The translations under genes were made by a program, and so were the position numbers. From an uncultured virus (IMG/VR IMGVR_UViG_3300032073_000004) (taxonomy: Duplodnaviria; Heunggongvirae; Uroviricota; Caudoviricetes), in IMG/VR virus record IMGVR_UViG_3300032073_000004, positions 62,001-118,830 of that record: DNA of 56,830 nt. The stretch is one strand, 5' to 3'. Shown here in pieces: positions 54,700 through 56,830 of the stretch; positions within the stretch are counted from its first letter, which is position 1, and each line of letters opens with the position of its first letter. The notes beneath the pieces are model-generated. The model was not told where the DNA came from and searched no databases. It was given only the letters and a program-made list of their open reading frames with translations.

Positions 54700-54840
54700 T
54701 TAAAGAGTCTGTTGTCGCTTGTCGCCTTCGACTCGCTTTTTGATAACCTTTTTGTACGCATATTCCATTATTTTAAAAAACTGTTCTTCAGTTACATTTA
54801 AAGACTTGCATACTAATTCTAATTCTTCTTGGTCTGTCAT
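54700..54840 (-). CDS. 46-aa hypothetical protein
   Basis: Below cutoff; fills the gap, AGGAG RBS. Confidence 0.55.
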   Translation of the reverse strand: MTDQEELELVCKSLNVTEEQFFKIMEYAYKKVIKKRVEGDKRQQTL

Positions 54841-54841
54841 T

Positions 54842-55039
54842 TTATTCTCCTGCAGCTACTTCAATGTAGCCCTGATTGATGAGCATTTCTGCGTGTCTCT
54901 GATAGCTTCCCTGTAGTGAGTTCAGGATGTTGAGGTCAACGAGTTCCTGGAAAAGGTCTACGACCTCTCCTTCGTCTAGTCGCCCTTCTTCATACGCCAT
55001 GATCTTGTCCACAATGCTATGATATTTTCTCAAGTTCAT
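54842..55039 (-). CDS. Conserved-type small phage protein
   Basis: IMAYEEG.L....LFQ.LVD.....LQGSY.R.A..LI..G. Confidence 0.65.
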   Translation of the reverse strand: MNLRKYHSIVDKIMAYEEGRLDEGEVVDLFQELVDLNILNSLQGSYQRHAEMLINQGYIEVAAGE

Positions 55040-55133
55040 TATATCACTTCCCCTTCTTTATGTCAAATTTATTATCTATCCGGCATTTTCCGTAGTACAT
55101 GATCCCTATCCAAATAGAGAACAAGATACCATC

Positions 55134-55162
55134 AGTATACGTCAATTCGTGCCATACGTCAA
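55134..55162 (-). promoter_or_regulatory. sigma70-type promoter containing a TTGACGTAT direct repeat
   Basis: TTGACG-17-TATACT; ATACGTCAA at 55137 and 55154. Confidence 0.65.
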
Positions 55163-55171
55163 GGAAATTCA

Positions 55172-55471
55172 TTAGTTGATCTTCTTTTTGTCAATGGCGA
55201 ACTCGCCAAAAGCAGTGTATTCATTGCTCCTTTGAGGCAACATTGGGCTTGAAGCCTTTGCCAAGTCTTGGTATACATCGAATTCAAACCTCTCATCTCG
55301 CATGGGACTGAAGGCTCTCAAGAGGTATTTAATGAAGTCATACTTGAGATCGATATACTCTGACTTCAACTTGTATGCGTCTTCTGGGCTCATTCTATCT
55401 TGTGCTGCGAGCAACTTGTGCTCAAAGCGGTTAAGAGTTTCGTTTAATTCTACTTCCATTTTGTTTTTCAT
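55172..55471 (-). CDS. Hypothetical protein
   Basis: 99 aa, AGGAG RBS. Confidence 0.65.
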   Translation of the reverse strand: MKNKMEVELNETLNRFEHKLLAAQDRMSPEDAYKLKSEYIDLKYDFIKYLLRAFSPMRDERFEFDVYQDLAKASSPMLPQRSNEYTAFGEFAIDKKKIN

Positions 55472-55479
55472 ATTATCTC

Positions 55480-55698
55480 CTATTGAATTTTGTTTAATTT
55501 TCTAACGTCAAACCATGTTTTCATGCTCACCCGATGGGCTCCGCTATCATTAAGCCAAAAGACTTGTGCAACGCGCTCCACTTGGTCTGAACTTAGCTCT
55601 TTCATCTCGCGCACGATACCCATTAAAGGCGGGTATCCGTACTTCTCCTGCTTTGCTGATAAGCCATCGTGAGTCACTGTATCGCCTACTTTGATCAT
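55480..55698 (-). CDS. Small KOW/SH3-like protein
   Basis: IKVGDTV...MGIV...V.W; start refined. Confidence 0.6.
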   Translation of the reverse strand: MIKVGDTVTHDGLSAKQEKYGYPPLMGIVREMKELSSDQVERVAQVFWLNDSGAHRVSMKTWFDVRKLNKIQ

Positions 55699-55699
55699 T

Positions 55700-55960
55700 T
55701 TAATACTCCCCCACATCTGCGTCAAAGCACCATTTTTCAATCTTAGCCTCTTCAAAGAGATCATCTTGGCAGGACTGGCAAAGGCCAGAAATTTCAAACT
55801 CCTTAGCATCCGCATTAGTGCGGAATTTGGTCACAGGCATGCCGCAACCAATGGGTGCGGATACGCAAACCTCATCAAGAATGGCTTGCTCGCGGTTAAC
55901 GCCGAACGTGGCCTTGAGATGGTTGTCAATACGGGGGCTTTTAATAGTTGGAATAAGCAT
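55700..55960 (-). CDS. Zinc-finger-like small phage protein
   Basis: C...GCG...FR...EFEISGLCQSCQD; start refined. Confidence 0.65.
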   Translation of the reverse strand: MLIPTIKSPRIDNHLKATFGVNREQAILDEVCVSAPIGCGMPVTKFRTNADAKEFEISGLCQSCQDDLFEEAKIEKWCFDADVGEY

Positions 55961-55971
55961 AGTGTCTCCTT

Positions 55972-56205
55972 TTAGTCTCGATAACAGCCATAGTCCCAAG
56001 CATCTGGGCTAGACTTTTCAATCTTGTGGTCATAAGTAACGCGAGCGAGCTGCAGAATGCGGTCGCGGCTTTCATCATCGAGTTCCCCCAAGTCAGAAAG
56101 AAAGCTCAAAAAGTCAATATCTGCAAAAGAGTTCACAGACTTTTTGAGGTGTTGTTCGGTTGCGCTCATGCGCTCTTCAAGATATAATTCGTGTGCTGTT
56201 TTCAT
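55972..56205 (-). CDS. Hypothetical protein
   Basis: 77 aa, AGGAG RBS. Confidence 0.6.
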   Translation of the reverse strand: MKTAHELYLEERMSATEQHLKKSVNSFADIDFLSFLSDLGELDDESRDRILQLARVTYDHKIEKSSPDAWDYGCYRD

Positions 56206-56214
56206 TCGAGTCTC

Positions 56215-56460
56215 CTATAAAGAAAATACTGCTGATACTTCGTTGTTAATTGCTTCTACATAATGCATGCCAGGTAGCTCGTTAGACACTTGTCCCCACT
56301 CAGTAAGACGGCTAACAGAAGGCATACCATTGGTATGGTATATAATAACCTCAGCGGAGGGTGCCCACTCGCCGGGGTCTTCGCTTGCAGGGCAAATGCA
56401 CTGTGGATTGACCGTCATGCAGAATACTTTTTCAATTGCTTTTGTTACTTGATGTTCCAT
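56215..56460 (-). CDS. Hypothetical protein
   Basis: 81 aa, AGGAG RBS. Confidence 0.6.
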   Translation of the reverse strand: MEHQVTKAIEKVFCMTVNPQCICPASEDPGEWAPSAEVIIYHTNGMPSVSRLTEWGQVSNELPGMHYVEAINNEVSAVFSL

Positions 56461-56463
56461 ATC

Positions 56464-56724
56464 TTACTCTCCTTCTGTTAATAGTGTTTCTTCAACTTCA
56501 TCAACCGGAATCCAGCCGAACCATCGAGGGTATTTTGCCTGCTTGGGATCTCTCTCTAGGCTGCAAAATGCCTGACACTTGCGGCCCTTGAACCCAAAGA
56601 CGTTTTCTGAAAACTCGTCTCCACGGTTGCCAATTGGCCCTTCTTCCTCTGAGAAGGGGATGATAGTATGCTCCCTGAAGCGGTTCTTTGTTCGCTTGGT
56701 TGCGTTTTTGCTAGGCTTAAACAT
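56464..56724 (-). CDS. Hypothetical protein
   Basis: Start refined (TAATG overlap, AGGAG). Confidence 0.6.
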   Translation of the reverse strand: MFKPSKNATKRTKNRFREHTIIPFSEEEGPIGNRGDEFSENVFGFKGRKCQAFCSLERDPKQAKYPRWFGWIPVDEVEETLLTEGE

Positions 56725-56830
56725 TATTGTTGCTCCTGTTCCAAAAGGTCGTCGTAACAACCACCATGTTGATCAAAAATTTGGTCTTTCAATTGCTCAA
56801 GTGTATACTCGGTGTAAAATTGCTGATGAA
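56724..56830 (-). CDS. Partial CDS entering from the right edge
   Basis: Open frame ...QFYTEYTLEQLKDQIFDQ...EQEQQ* ending at 56724. Confidence 0.45.
   Translation of the reverse strand, partial: HQQFYTEYTLEQLKDQIFDQHGGCYDDLLEQEQQ

Noticed and set aside
56770..56790. Fourth AAAAATTTGG motif
   Set aside because: Lies within a coding frame and lacks the CG-rich part.
1..56830. Stop-codon recoding, tRNA or rRNA genes
   Set aside because: Recognisable enzymes are full length in code 11 and TAA, TAG and TGA all act as stops. The GGTTCGA hits I noticed lie inside CDSs without cloverleafs. A tRNAscan run would be definitive.

Overview
This window is part of a large lytic dsDNA tailed phage (T4-like/jumbo-type). 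Genes are dense, almost all on the minus strand, and use the standard genetic code. I saw no integrase, tRNA, rRNA or CRISPR array. The host is probably Gram-negative, and weak hints point to Myxococcota. From left to right: (i) a putative baseplate gene, an M23 peptidase, a gp55-like late sigma factor and an FmdB zinc ribbon; (ii) a ~15 kb glycosylation locus with two GT4 enzymes, three Maf/CstII-like ulosonic-acid transferase domains, three CMP-transferases, two NeuB synthases, an HpcH aldolase, PseB/PseC-like enzymes, an N-formyltransferase, a carbamoyltransferase, a cupin and a HAD phosphatase; (iii) a Cas4-like nuclease, PIN-PhoH, a serine protease, a J-domain protein, a DenV-like glycosylase, a KamA radical-SAM aminomutase and an outer-membrane beta-barrel; (iv) probable internal head proteins, including a ligase-like/HIGH-nucleotidyltransferase fusion and a 1356-aa tandem fusion; (v) an HNH nuclease with a structured RNA leader, and a repetitive tail fibre; (vi) an early region of small ORFs with near-consensus sigma70 promoters, IscA, a candidate packaging site and a non-coding hub carrying a 10-bp-periodic GTGG array resembling an MraZ operator. 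The most notable candidates are the three-branch nonulosonic-acid glycosylation system, the MraZ-like box, the KamA gene and the HNH leader RNA. All calls come from reading motifs by eye; no searches were run.
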